Source: Eledone cirrhosa
Taxonomy: Eukaryota
Assembly: GCA_964016885.1 (NCBI GenBank)
Contig: OZ024743.1
Coordinates: 70,184,001 to 70,248,000, forward strand
Direction of reading: 5' to 3'
DNA: 64,000 nucleotides
Below, piece by piece: positions 1 through 14,815 of the stretch; within the stretch, counting starts at the first letter, position 1, and each line of letters opens with the position of its first letter. The notes under the pieces were generated by a model. That model was not told the origin of the DNA and did no database searches. It saw nothing but the letters and a program-made list of their open reading frames with translations. Both the position numbers and the translations under genes were made by a program.

Positions 1-188
1 GGCCATTGACTCTTAAGAGCTCCTTTGCCCTTTGACAGGTTTTGTTTTTAGTCCTGCAGGATGTCCAAAGTCACCCTCCTCACCAAGAAACCTTGGTGGG
101 GTTGCCAGTTTAGTCGCCAACGACCCGACCATGAGACTGGTTGTACTGGGATACATGTTACCAGTTGCACCAACTGGTGACCTGACAT
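1..188 (-). mobile_element. Unclassified GC-richer repeat-like segment, possibly the 5' UTR of an RTE-type LINE running off the window edge
   Basis: Abrupt composition change against the flanking (TA)/(TG) microsatellite and a small hairpin ccagttg-cac-caactgg. The RTE assignment is from recollection only; no protein motif was seen. Confidence 0.25.
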
Positions 189-347
189 AATGTATGTATA
201 TGACAGTATGTATATATATATACATACTTACATATATAAATATACGTCTGATGACCGATCTAATTAGATAGCTCTGTTCTATACATAGACCACTCGTTTT
301 TCCTTTTAGTTACCTTCGGAATTACCTAACACACACACACACCCACA

Positions 348-406
<59 letters not shown>

Positions 407-889
407 ACAAACATACACACACATATATATATATATATATACACACCTACCGAAACCGTAGTGATTTCCAGAGGTTGACTGAGGACATAGGACTCTCCGT
501 CTTAAAATTATCATATAATAGACATCACACCACCCTGTCAGTCCTCCTATATTCTACCATTTTACCTTAGCAGCTGGAACGTTCTATTTCATCGTGCAAG
601 CCAGCAGTCTACCATGCATACCAGTTTCAACTGTCCTCGCCACCAATATTGTCTGAGTGAAAGTCAAAGTCCGATAGGGTGTGGCATCATTGATGTCTCA
701 TCGCGGTTTTTCAGATGAACGGAATTGAGCAACTGGAGATGGAACGATGCAGTTTGGGAAGGATGTGATTGCTTGTTATAGCATATCAAGTATTGTATGT
801 GTTATACTAACTTTATCTAGCAATGTAAAATAACCAGTTTATAGTTTAGAAAGTAATCTACTTCAAGAAGTTAGGATAAATTTAATAAC

Positions 890-1082
890 AGATTATAATT
901 TAGACACAAGGCCACTATCGGCGAGAGGAAAGTCGATTAAATCTACCCCAATGTGTTACTGGTACTATATTTTAGTTAGTATAGCTAACCTCGGCAAGAT
1001 TTGAACTCAGAACGTAATGGATCGTAATTAAATACTGCAAAGCATGTTGTCCGATGCTCTAACGATTCTGTCAATCCATCGA
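890..1082 (-). mobile_element. tRNA-derived Meta-domain-like SINE copy (degenerate)
   Basis: Reverse complement carries B box GAGTTCAAATC, AGTACCAGT core and CCTTGTG tail; matches the many other copies in the window. Confidence 0.85.
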
Positions 1083-1089
1083 CCAAACT

Positions 1090-1862
1090 GGGTGGATTGA
1101 CTGGGTGTTGGTAGAGTGTCGGACAACATGCTTTACGGTATATAGTTACTGACCTTTACGTTCTGAGTTCAAATCCCACTGACGTTAGCTTTGCCTTCCA
1201 TCCTTACAGAGTCGATAAAATAAAGTACGAGTAATGCACATGGGTTGATAAAATCGAATCCCTGCCACAGAATTGTTGGCTATCTGCTTAAATCAAAAAC
1301 CATTCATTATTCTTGCCATTCTGGGTTCAAACCCGCCGAAGTTAACTTTGGCTTTCATCCTTATGGGGACGATAAAATAAAGTACCAGTAATACACTGGA
1401 TAATTGCTGGCCTTGTGTCAAAAGTAGAAACAATTGTTCTTGCTGTTAGGGCGGTGAATTGGCAGTATCGGTAGAGAGTTGGACGCCATGCTTTCTAGCA
1501 TAGTTACGTCCCTCTACGATCTGAGTTCAAAACCCGTCGAGGTTAACTTTGCCTTTCATCCTTACGGGGTCGATAAAATAAAGTACCAGTAATGTACAGG
1601 GTAATTGCTGGCGTTGTCCCAATAGTAGAAACAATTATTCTTGCTGTTATGTCTGTTGATTGGTAGAATTGTTAGTGACGGATAGCAAGCTTTGTAGCAT
1701 TTAGGCCATTTACATTTTGAGTTAACCTCACTAAGGTCAGTTTTGCATTCATAATTCCGGTGTGGATAAAATGAAGTAGCAGCGAAATATTGGGGTCGAT
1801 ATAAAGGACTTACCCATGGCCTCAAATTAGTGGCCTTGGGCCCAAAGTAGAAATTATTATTA
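1090..1862 (+). mobile_element. Cluster of four SINE copies (~1090-1310, 1318-1440 partial, 1449-1640, 1655-1862)
   Basis: A box TGGCAGTATCGG, B box GAGTTCAAA, core GCCTTTCATCCTTACGGGGTCGATAAAATAAAGTACCAGT, tail GGCCTTGTG..AGTAGAAACAATTATT. Confidence 0.9.
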
Positions 1863-1995
1863 ATATGTGTGTTATCTTTTGAATTCCTATGGAAAATGAC
1901 TTTTGTTAATTAATCTTTGAAAATGTTCAAATCATTGTCCCCCTTATTACAATAATTATTCTAATGATTACCATCATTATTCATACTATCAATAT

Positions 1996-2021
1996 AGTAG
2001 TAGCAGTAGTAGTAGTAGTAT

Positions 2022-2070
<49 letters not shown>

Positions 2071-2105
2071 TGTAGTGGTGGTGGTGGTGGTGGTGGTGGT
2101 GGTAA

Positions 2106-2166
<61 letters not shown>

Positions 2167-2204
2167 TGTAGTGGTGGTGGTGGTGGTGGTGGTGGTGGTG
2201 GTAA

Positions 2205-2240
<36 letters not shown>
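1996..2240. repeat. Compound (GTA)n/(GTG)n microsatellite with a duplicated higher-order unit
   Basis: The pattern (GTA)n-GTTGTA-(GTG)n-GTAATA occurs twice. Confidence 0.95.
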
Positions 2241-2519
2241 AATGCCTATCATTAATGTTATTTCTAATCATTTCAAATATATTAGTATATGTATATGTGT
2301 GCATATGTGGATGCATGTGCATGAGTGTGTATGTATGTGCCTGTGTCAGTGTCTATGTGTGTGTGTGTCAGTGTTAGTTTGGAAGGCATCAACAGACATC
2401 TCATTCACACGTCACCAAGAGGCATTTATCAAACATCTTTTGAAAATTACATACGAATTCCTGTAATTAAAACTTGCAAGTTGAAAACATAATACTAGTG
2501 CTGAGAAGCCAGAGGAATA

Positions 2520-4399
<1,880 letters not shown>

Positions 4400-4400
<1 letters not shown>

Positions 4401-5998
4401 TGTCAGTAGCACTGATGAAGTTATACATCAACTACAACCTAACCAACTTAAACTCAACCGATATGCCTTTAGCCTCGACGTTGTCTCCTCCCTCTACACG
4501 ACAGTACCAGCTTATCCAGCGGTCAACCTAGTGACTGACTGAATCATTTCATACAACATATATTGCTTCGGCCTCACTCCACAAGATATACATCAGCTTC
4601 TATCCGTCACCGTAGAAAATGCATATTTCACTTTCTACCACCCCATATACAAACAAACAACAGGCCTTCCCATTGGGTCCAGTGTTTCAGGCCTTCTAGC
4701 CATCCCCTATATGAACCAACTGGAACGTCGAACGCTCAACATCTGCTGCTCCTGTGTTTTCTTCACCCAATATACTCATCCTCTAATCATCTTGTGAAGA
4801 AGCCGACATAATATCTACGACATTTTCAAACACAGATAACAACATACGATTTACCACAGACCGTCCCGATAAATATGGTTCCTTGTCTCTGCTGGACTTC
4901 CAACTTAGAGTAAATGAAGAAGGTACTATATACACTAACCTCTATACGTAAGCTGCCAGCAGAGACCTGTTTGTGCATTGTAGATCAGCCCTTCCCCTTG
5001 AAGCTAAAACCGGATACATAAGAAATTAACTTACGCGTATCCGTAATAAATGTAGCAAGACAGAGGAGCAGATCACTCTCACTGCACACTTCATAGATGT
5101 ACTGAAGACGAACGGATACCCAACATAAGACCTCCTCTAACACCTGCTTCATGAAATTACCACGTTTCAGCGAAAGCATTACCACAGAGCTATCCGCAAA
5201 GATGGCCTGACATACAGTTAGCACACTCCGGCCCTTCACTGCGTGGTTACCTGTCTAAAAAGCAATCCAGGCACAACAACAACAAATGCTCGCTGACTAA
5301 TTGCCCAATCCTCGATACAGGTATTTGCCAGCGGACACATGTGGTATACCGGATTGAATGCTACAAATGTAAGGAGTTCTACATTGATAGCACGACTTGT
5401 GCACTCCACACTCGCATTAAAGAACACCTCAACACACAGGCGCATCTTCTTTCAAAAAACACATTGAAAAATGTAGAAACATCAACCAACATATTACCGT
5501 TACTATTAACGCCAGTGATAGAAATGTGGGCAACCTAAGAATTAAGGAAGCCTTGCTCATAGTCGACTCAACCCGCAAATAAATAATAGATTAGAACTCA
5601 TCACACAGTACTTGACATAAAACGACACACCCACAGGCACACAGACATCCAAACTAAACATCTCATACAAAAGAGAAAATTGATTTCGCCAAATACTATA
5701 TTGGTAATTGACGCCATTCACGTGGAAGGCGAAATAACCATAAAAAACCGCTTGAAAAAGACTTGAAAATTTTTTTATCAAAATCAAAATTTAATCCCAA
5801 AGAAATTGGAACAATATCCACTGAAAGTTCGTTAAACCCTGAAGAAGGGACTTTTAGGTCCCGAAATATTGGACAGATAAACAAACAACAACAAGATCAA
5901 AAATAAAACCCAAAGATTACCAAGAAACTTACTTTTACTTTTCGTTACCTTATCTTACAGTCCATTTTGCATTGTTTAGCCTTCTATCCCTTTCAACG
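4400..5998 (+). mobile_element. Decayed, 5'-truncated Penelope-like element (RT + GIY-YIG endonuclease + terminal repeat region)
   Basis: RT motifs [14 protein letters not shown] and GLPIGSSVSGLLA; GIY-YIG VYRIECYKCKEFYIDSTTCALHTRIKEHL (5341-5430); hammerhead-like core at 5839; flanked by (TA)n. Many stops and frameshifts. Confidence 0.88.
5812..5871 (+). ncRNA. Hammerhead-ribozyme-like core in the Penelope terminal repeat
   Basis: CTGAAGA-a-GGGAC-ttttag-GTCCC-GAAA-TATTG; stem II is perfect. Penelope terminal repeats are known to carry minimal hammerheads. Confidence 0.65.
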
Positions 5999-6104
<106 letters not shown>

Positions 6105-6106
6105 AA

Positions 6107-6138
<32 letters not shown>

Positions 6139-6161
6139 GTATATGTATATATACATATATG

Positions 6162-6212
<51 letters not shown>

Positions 6213-6404
6213 ATGTGTGTGTGTGTGTGTATATATATGTATGTATTACTTTATGCAAATTTGCTTCTCTTTACCAGTTTTTGATGTGTCTCAAATATAT
6301 TTTTTATTACAGAATATATCATTTTCCAAGTCAGTGATAATACTATTATTATCACTATAAATGTTCTTATTATTCTTATCATCATCATCATCATCATCAA
6401 CTAC

Positions 6405-6472
<68 letters not shown>

Positions 6473-6593
6473 TTTTTTCTTTCATTTTTTTTGCTCAGCT
6501 ATCATTATATTATCGGTGTGTGTATTTTGATTAATTATACATTTGGATGATAGATCTTCATCATATCAAAATACACACACACTCAGTCACGCG

Positions 6594-6641
<48 letters not shown>

Positions 6642-6844
6642 CACTCTCTATCTCACACGCACATACACACACACTCACACCTACATACAAACATAAAAGT
6701 ATGCCCACACACAATTATACGTAACTGTACACACACAAACACACCGACATACATAGACCATCTCATTCTCTCGTCTATGTGGCCATATGATTAAGATGTT
6801 TACAGATATGTCGACATCTATATATAAAAAACGGCTGAGCCTAC

Positions 6845-7017
6845 TTCCCATGTGCTGCCCATGTGCTGCCCATGTGCTGCCCAGGTGCCGCCCAGGTACT
6901 GCCCAGGTGCTGCCCAGGTGCTGCCCAGGTGCTGCCCAGGTGCTGCCCAGGTGCTGCCCAGGTGCTGCCCAGGTGCTGCCCAGGTGCTGCCCAGGTGCTG
7001 CCCAGGTGCTACCCAAG
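6845..7017. repeat. 11-bp GC-rich minisatellite (GCTGCCCAGGT)n, about 15 copies
   Basis: Read directly; left copies carry the variant GCTGCCCATGT. Confidence 0.95.
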
Positions 7018-7149
7018 TAGATACACACATTTCAGTCTTGTTCTGTCATCTCGGATGTTTTCACATATGTATTTACTGTTGCAGGTAGGAACTTTGCCCA
7101 GGCCAATGTTGAGTCCGAATGGCTTAAAAGATGCAGAAATATAATCCAC

Positions 7150-7460
7150 TACAAGTTGCATATCTTTAAGATTTTCTGTAACTAAGTCACAATCATACTC
7201 CTAAAGAAGAACTCCAATTACAGATGGAAAGACGGCCGAAAACATAGTACCTGACATATATCTCACAAAAAGAAAACCAGGGGCAAATTATGTTTGATAG
7301 TAACAGCAAAATACATGGAAAGGAATATTGGGGCAAGAATATCTCCCCGGTTTAAAGGGGTGTTTCCCTCCATTTTCTCACTGACATTAGCCTCACTGAC
7401 CCTTCCCTCCATTGCGTCGTTGAATGATTTATTTATCGATACAACCGAGTTTCTAAAGAA
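7150..7460 (-). mobile_element. RTE-clade LINE RT remnant (downstream half of an interrupted copy)
   Basis: VVSINKSFNDAMEGRVS...RGDILAPIFLSMYFAV resembles RTE 'IIKSFHDGM.GRV...QGDILAPTLFSIYF'. Confidence 0.7.
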
Positions 7461-7599
7461 ATACCTAATTCGTATATCAGGAGTGTTAAAAGACAGACCC
7501 ATCTTTAGATATAACTATAGACCGTATGGAGGGGTAATTATTACAATATACTGTATATCAGGGACGTTAAAACCTTCTTTTCTCTTTTGTCATCTGACG

Positions 7600-10500
7600 C
7601 CTCTATATCTGATGTAGGTGAGCTATGAGGCCATCTTACCAGCACTTTCCCTTCCACCCGCACACGCCAGCCACTCACCCCTGATGCCGATCGGTGCCCC
7701 AGTCCCCGGCCCCACGCCCCATCCCCCATCCCCCCAGGCCGACACCTTCAGCACTTGCAGCACCACTAACAGACGGAAGAGGGGCCGGAATTGTTCTGGG
7801 TGCGGCTGCTTCCACCACCTCGCCTGTGGTGGCTTGACACGGCGAGCTTCCAGTGCCCTCGCAGCGTGGAGATGCAGGAACTGCCTCTTCCCCTCGTCTG
7901 CCCAGCCACGGCCGTCTGGCACACCACCAGATGAGACAGCGAGCTTGCCTGACGCCCAAGCGTCGCTGGTCAACATTGCTCGGCTCAGACCGCTCCGGAA
8001 GATCCCACTCAGGATCCCGAAAACGGCCCGGGTGCCGGTAGCCGATGCCCTCGCTTCTTCGATTGAGAGCGCCCTGGACTCCAATTGAGCCAGCGACTGG
8101 GAGCGACTCTTTTATTTCGCCCCACTCACCCTCGGCCTCCCCAGCACTGGCGCTGATCGGGGCGGTCGGTCGACAGCATCCTTCGTCAAGGCCAATGTTT
8201 CGTCCTTTGGGCAAACGCCCAGGGACGCCGCATACCCCACCCTCGGGTACCCCCAATCCTCCACCCCTGAGGCCAGCGCCAAGCGTTTGCGTGACGCGTA
8301 AATGCTAAACTAATCATGGGTGATGTCTCGGCCGCAGTCAGTGTGGTTATCTCAGAGGACATTGTCCTCCAGCCCACCGAGGAGGTCCTGGCTGCCCTGC
8401 GATTCAAACACCCTGATCCACCCGCTGATCTCAGACCCATACCCCCACCCGACTCCAACCTGCTCCTTGTGGCTTCCGACGCAAACATCATGTCTGCCAT
8501 CAAGTCCTTCACAGTTAGCAGCAGTGGCGACCTCAAGGAGTTGCTATACCCCTCTCCGCTGAGGCCGGGTGCCGCCTTCTAAGTGAATTTGTGGCGCTCA
8601 TCAATAGGCTCATCCATGGCACCCTGGACCCTCACTCTCGAGGCCTCTTTTTTTCGGCTAGTCTCACCACTCTCAGGAAGAAAGAGGGTGGCATACACCC
8701 CATCGCTGTGGGCAATATCTTCCGGAAGTTTGCTGCTAAGGTGGTCTGCAGGTCCATAACACCCGAAATGGGTGAGGAGTTCTCTCCGGTGCAACTGTGT
8801 GTCGGGGTGTCCGGTGGCTGTGAGGGGGCCGCACATGTAGTTCTTCAACAGCACATGCAGTTCTTCAACCAGGCAGTTCTTCAACAGCTGCCCACCGGAA
8901 CCAGCATCCAGGGACTCCAGGCACCTCATTGTCAAGCTTGACATGAGGAATGCATTCAACTGTTTGCGCCGGGACCATCTGCTCGATGTCTGCCTCAGCC
9001 GAGCCCCCTCAGCATACCCGCTGGCCTACCTGTCATATGGAGCCCCGAACGTGCCCCTTGCTGCTGATACGGTCATACCTTCGGCTACTGGGAACCCCTC
9101 CTGTTTGCCCTTGGTATAGACCACATCACCCGGAGTATCAAGGCCCCTCTCAACGTTTGGTATCTGGATGATGCTACGTTGGGCGGGCCTGTACAGACTG
9201 TCTGCCATGACCTAAAATCGGTGGTTCCAGCCCTGACGGGAATCGGCCTCCAAGTCTACTCGCCAAAGTCGGAGGTGGTGAATGTCAGCCACGATGCTGA
9301 GAACTTTGCAGCCTCCGTCTCGGACGTGCGGTCCATTCTCCACCAGGTACAGGTGAACCCCAAAGAGGATGTCCTCATCCTCGGGTCACCGTCCACCCGC
9401 CGGCCATCCGCTCCACCATCAGGTCCAGGCTCTCACGAGCTGACTGGGCTTGATCAACGGCCACCCAGCTCTCTTTCTGTTGAGGAACTACTTCGCCATG
9501 CCGAAGCTCCTCTATACCCTACGCAGCGCTCCGTGCTACACCCACACATCTCTCCTCGCTGACCTCGATACTTGTATCAGAGAAGCAGCCGAGGAGATAT
9601 GCAACATCAAGTTTGATGACATTGGATGGCAACAGGCCTCTTTACCTGTCAGGTATGGCGGCCTTGGCCTCCGGTCCCCGATCTCGCTGGCTTTGCCGGC
9701 GTATCTTTCGTCGGTAACCTCGTGCCGTGTCCTCGTCAGCAGGGTTCTTCAAAACAATAGAACCCTCTGTGTTCAGAGAACGAGAGGCCGCCTGAGAGAC
9801 GTGGGACCGGCTGGAACTTAGCCCAGTAGATGTCGCTCCTCCTTCTCCCCCTGTTGACATCAATCCCCCCAAAGCACTTGGGATGCCATCCAGTGCAGCC
9901 TTACCTCAGACAGGCTCATGCGCCAGCTCGACCAACACCGCCATGGCTGCTTTCGTGCGGGCTCCAAACCCCACAGTCGTGTCTGGCTCCATGCCCTGCC
10001 ATCTTTCTCCACTGGCACGTAGCTAGACAACAATAGCCTGCGCATCGGCGTTTCGTTGAGGTTCGGCCCTCGGATATGCGAGCCACACCAATGTCGCTGC
10101 GGATCCACCGTGGACTCTTTCGGCCTCCACCCGCTCTCCTGTCGCCACAGTGGCGGCCGCATTCCACGCCATGCTGCCCTCAACAAGGTAATAAACATGG
10201 CTTGGACGCTGTGGGCTTCCCTTCCCTGCTCGAGGCGGTGGGGCCGGACCGAGGGGACGGCAAAAGGCCAGATGGCATGACCATCTTCCTGTTCCGCGGT
10301 GGCAAACCCCTCGTCTGCGTTGCTACTTGCACCGCCACTTTCTGCAGTCGCAACCTGGTGTAGTCTGCGACTGACCCAGGTTCTGTTGCACGTCGGGCTG
10401 AGAAGGCCAAGCTCCTCAAATACCAGTCGTTCTCCGACATGTTTGCGGTTGTATCCCTGGCAGTGGAGACTTCTGGTGTCCTCGGCTCCAGGGCTACCTC

Positions 10501-10655
10501 CCTTCTCACCACCATAGGCGCTGAGTTGGCCAGCCGCAGGTGTGAACCCCGCGAGCTGGAGTCGCTTTTCCAGCGCGTCTCCCTTGCCGTCCTCCGCGGG
10601 AACGCCTTCTCCGCCGGGGTTGTGTGTGTGTTGCATCGCGTAACATTCCATATTT
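7600..10655 (+). mobile_element. CRE-clade non-LTR retrotransposon, near full length, frameshifted (PHD-like finger, RT, CCHC + RLE)
   Basis: CSGCGCFHHLAC...WRCRNC; LRKKEGGIHPIAVGNIFRKFAAK; QLCVGVSGGCEGAAH; VKLDMRNAFN; WYLDDATLGG; LPVRYGGLGLR; [18 protein letters not shown]; KRPDGMT; LFQRVSLAVLRGNA. Confidence 0.88.
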
Positions 10656-10749
10656 AGGTATCCAGATTAATGGTCTTTAGGGTATTATATTCAACGTAGC
10701 TCAGTTCCCACCAGTGATATTGTTCCGTTTTTCTTTTCTCTAATGGTTT

Positions 10750-11900
10750 ATATGCCCAACTTTTTCTGTTTTATCATTCACAGTATTGAATGATTTCGTT
10801 GTACAAGAACCATATTCTGATCAACGCACTTCTACTGGATGACTTGCTGTGAAAATCACAACCATTGGATCGTATCTCAACCAGAACAGAAACAAGACAG
10901 ATTCTAAACGAACATCAAATTGAGTGAATTTATTCAGTTGAGCACGAAGAATGTATGCCAGAATCTTGGCAAAATCTGACAGAAGAGTAATGCATCTGTG
11001 GTTGCAACACTTTATTCTGGTACCCATTTCCCTGTATAAAGGAAGCTTAACTGCATCATTCTAATCTTTGAAAACAGCTCCATCTTATGTGTTGGCAGTG
11101 AATCTAAGTGATATGATTGTCAGCAAAGCATAAGAGGTCAGCGGATATTTCATTTTTAACAGGATTCTTACTGAGATTCAGTTTACTGAGGGTGCAATAT
11201 CCAAGGAGATGGAGATAAATCTTTGTTCAATTGTGTCAATTACTGCATCCTCAACGTTTTATCTCTTAAAAAAAATACTCAATCCAGTGACATGCGATTT
11301 TGTTGATTTGGTGAATACGGTAGAGCCTTTGCTAGAAAGCAAAGAAGCTGATGCTTGAGGGTTTAAGCCTATAGGTTTGCCACGTGATAAACCTTCTTAC
11401 TGTCACTACCATCTTTGGCAGCTTCAATGTCACAACCAAGAGCTTCGAACAAGCTCATCTACATCTGCTCCAGCGGTAGTTGCAGTTAAGATTTTGATAT
11501 TTTTTGTAATAAATCAGGACTAGGTTCCGCTGCGCAACTGATAGTAATATAATTTTGATATTGCATTTCATCAACAAAAATCTCAGCACCTCGACATCAA
11601 ACCAATTCCTTTGAATTACTATAACGTTTCCCAGTTTTTCAGAATCCTGTCTCTCAATAATGTATGAATGACGGTGAAGATTCTTCCTCTTAGCAGAATC
11701 TCATATTCTGCGGACATTCAAGTACCGAAAAAGACTAAATGGCATTCATTTCCATATCTTAATTTCCACTGGGAGCTTTACTCACGTAAAACTATGACCA
11801 ATTCAATAGCCTGAGCGTTGAAGGTCTTAATATTACGATTTCATAGTTATCAAGCTTGCGAACGATTGTTTATTTATTCATGTTAATATGGGATCATATT
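10750..11900 (-). mobile_element. RTE-clade LINE remnant (upstream half, heavily decayed)
   Basis: LPLYREMGTRIKCCNHRCITLLSDFAKILAYIL, then VIFTAS / KCVDQNM / KSFNTVN across frameshifts; these match RTE RT motifs 1-3. Right boundary is uncertain. Confidence 0.65.
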
Positions 11901-12975
11901 TGCACGTAAGATGCAAGCTGGCAACATAAAGACCATAATTTTTTTTTATGAGATTCTAGATGCATGGAGTCATATTCACTCCAACGATCATTCAAGTGCT
12001 TAAAGTATCACTGATATTCCTGTGTTTTATTTGATGAGAAGGAAAACTCTTCCATGCTTGTACACTTCACGTACGTGTCCTACATTGAACAGGCACCTGT
12101 TAATTTATGTGCATGAGAACAATTGAGAGAGAGAGGGGGTATTGATGGACAGACTGACTGACAGACAGAGATAAGAAGAAATGTTCTCAGAAATACAATG
12201 AACTACAAATGGTGTCTTTATAACTCCAATGCACGTTTTCCATACTTCACAATCTTTCGGTTTTGGGTTTTATTTTTCTAATTATTATTTGTATGTTATT
12301 TTGTCACAATAATGTCAGTAGTTTACTAAAATCAAAGTAACTAAATCAATAGTATTATGTCTGTAAATATCATGATGTAAAGACTAACATTCTTACAGTT
12401 CTAGTTTACCGTTTGACTGAATATTAGGCAGTAGTTTCTATTTCTATTCGCCATATTTGACGCTACTCTCAATCCGTGACGTTGCAGCGATCGAAGTCAG
12501 ACATTTGTCTTTAAATTCATTGGACAGATAAATCTCGTAAATTTGGTTCAATGAAAGCTGAGTACGTAATATGTTTGCTTTCTTGTTTGTTTGTTTGTTA
12601 TTCTATCTGTTTCTATAGTAGCTTGTATATTTTATAATTATTTGTGTGATTTTAGTTGGTCTTAGTGCTGTCATCCATGTTTAATTTGTGGGCTTCCGGT
12701 TTAATAAGCTGATGTAATCATAGATGGCTGTGTTTGGAAACAAGCGAAAACGAGTCTATATAATTCAATACTTGGTAGCACGACATTGTTGATACGTTTT
12801 CAGGTTATTGTTTGTCTTGTTTTACACGTCATACATCATATATTATTTTTTCTCATCCTGATCATGTTCGTCATGTTGCTAGATTTTGTTGTGGTTGTTG
12901 CCGTTGTCGTTTTTGAGGTTCGTTCTCTTTTTTTTTTACATTATTCTCTTTAATCAGCTGCTGCTGCTACTACAG

Positions 12976-13035
<60 letters not shown>

Positions 13036-13220
13036 TCCTTACTAACAATACCACCACTACTTCTCCTACTTAAACCACAATTGCCAACACAACAACCAAT
13101 ACCAACACCACCAACACCAACATTACTACTATAATACTACTGATACTAGTACAACGGTTGACACTGCTCCTACTACTACTGCTAAATCTAGTAACAGCAG
13201 CAGCAATAGTAGTGGTACTG

Positions 13221-13263
<43 letters not shown>

Positions 13264-13654
13264 CAGTAGTAGCAGTAGTAGTAGTAGTTGTTGTTGTTGT
13301 TGTTGTGTAACACTATAATCAAGGGAGACAACCACACCAAACAACACAACAATTTTGCTCAGTTATAAATACTAATCACGTAAAGCATACATGTGGCACA
13401 TAGGGTTACATGTTAAGATGATACCTGATTCCACATCCGTCATAACTTCTCTCTGGTGTCAATTATACATCGGCCATATTGATAAATCAATCATCACAAA
13501 CAAGGCCAAGAACGAACAATAAAAATAACAACATATATAACAAAATATGTAACATTTATCAGTAGATATCTAGTGCAACTATTAGCACGCTGGTGTGCGA
13601 GAAATAATGTATGCATATATATATATATATGTACGTACACACAGACACACACAC

Positions 13655-13787
<133 letters not shown>

Positions 13788-13917
13788 GACTTGGCAAGCT
13801 ATTTAGAACGCTGGTTTAACGACTTTACTTCCCTCCGAAGAAGAGATATTATCTCGAAAATTAAGGATATTTAAATAAATTTAAGATAAAAGACTAATTG
13901 TCAACAATATCTTTTGC

Positions 13918-14017
13918 ATTTGCATTTATATTCTATATCCATACCTGCTTTGTTTTGGCTTTACAAATACAAAGGTTTATACCTCATTACACAATGCTTC
14001 AAGTGAAATATAACTTC

Positions 14018-14099
<82 letters not shown>

Positions 14100-14188
14100 A
14101 GGTAGTTAGCATTGTGTAATGAGGTATAAACGTTTGTATTTGTAAAGCCAAAACAATGCAGGTATGGATATAGAATATAAATGCAAAT
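13918..14188. repeat. Inverted repeat with ~90-100 bp arms centred on (TA)n
   Basis: Arm 13918-14020 is the reverse complement of 14097-14188, apart from two substitutions and a ~13-bp indel plus small differences near the centre. Confidence 0.95.
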
Positions 14189-14196
14189 CTATCTAT

Positions 14197-14295
14197 CTAT
14201 CTATCTATTTATTTATCTATCTACCTTATATCTATCTGTCTATCTTTTGAATGAAACAGTCCTGTAGATGCCATTTCTATATTAAACATTATATA

Positions 14296-14331
<36 letters not shown>

Positions 14332-14432
14332 TATATAATGTTTAATATAGAAATGGCATCTACAGGACTGTTTCATTCAAAAGATAGACAGATAGATATA
14401 AGGTAGATAGATAAATAAATAGATAGATAGAG
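14197..14432. repeat. Apparently perfect palindrome, ~235 bp, centred on (TA)n
   Basis: tatcttttgaatgaaacagtcctgtagatgccatttctatattaaacattatatatattt is mirrored exactly, including irregularities in the flanking (TATC)n. Confidence 0.95.
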
Positions 14433-14544
14433 ATAGACAGAGAGAGAAAAAAAGAGAGAGAAGGAGGGAGAGAGAGAGAGCAGTTGATAAATGGATAGAT
14501 AGATAGGTAGAAAATAGATAGTTATATAGATAGATAGATAAATA

Positions 14545-14592
<48 letters not shown>

Positions 14593-14815
14593 GTTCATTT
14601 ATTCGCTACGAGAGCGCAAAAGATGGGGACAAATGCAAAGGGGGGAGTTTACGAGTAAATAGGTAATAACAATTAAATACAAACAATCGGTATCCTCAAT
14701 AGGGATGGGGCGTTAACAGAGGTTACACACACTCCCGAAAAAATGTGCAACCCTCCTATTCAGGAGCACGAAGAGCGAGTGCTCCCTTCCTCTCTTCTTT
14801 CTCCCCTTCCTCAAT

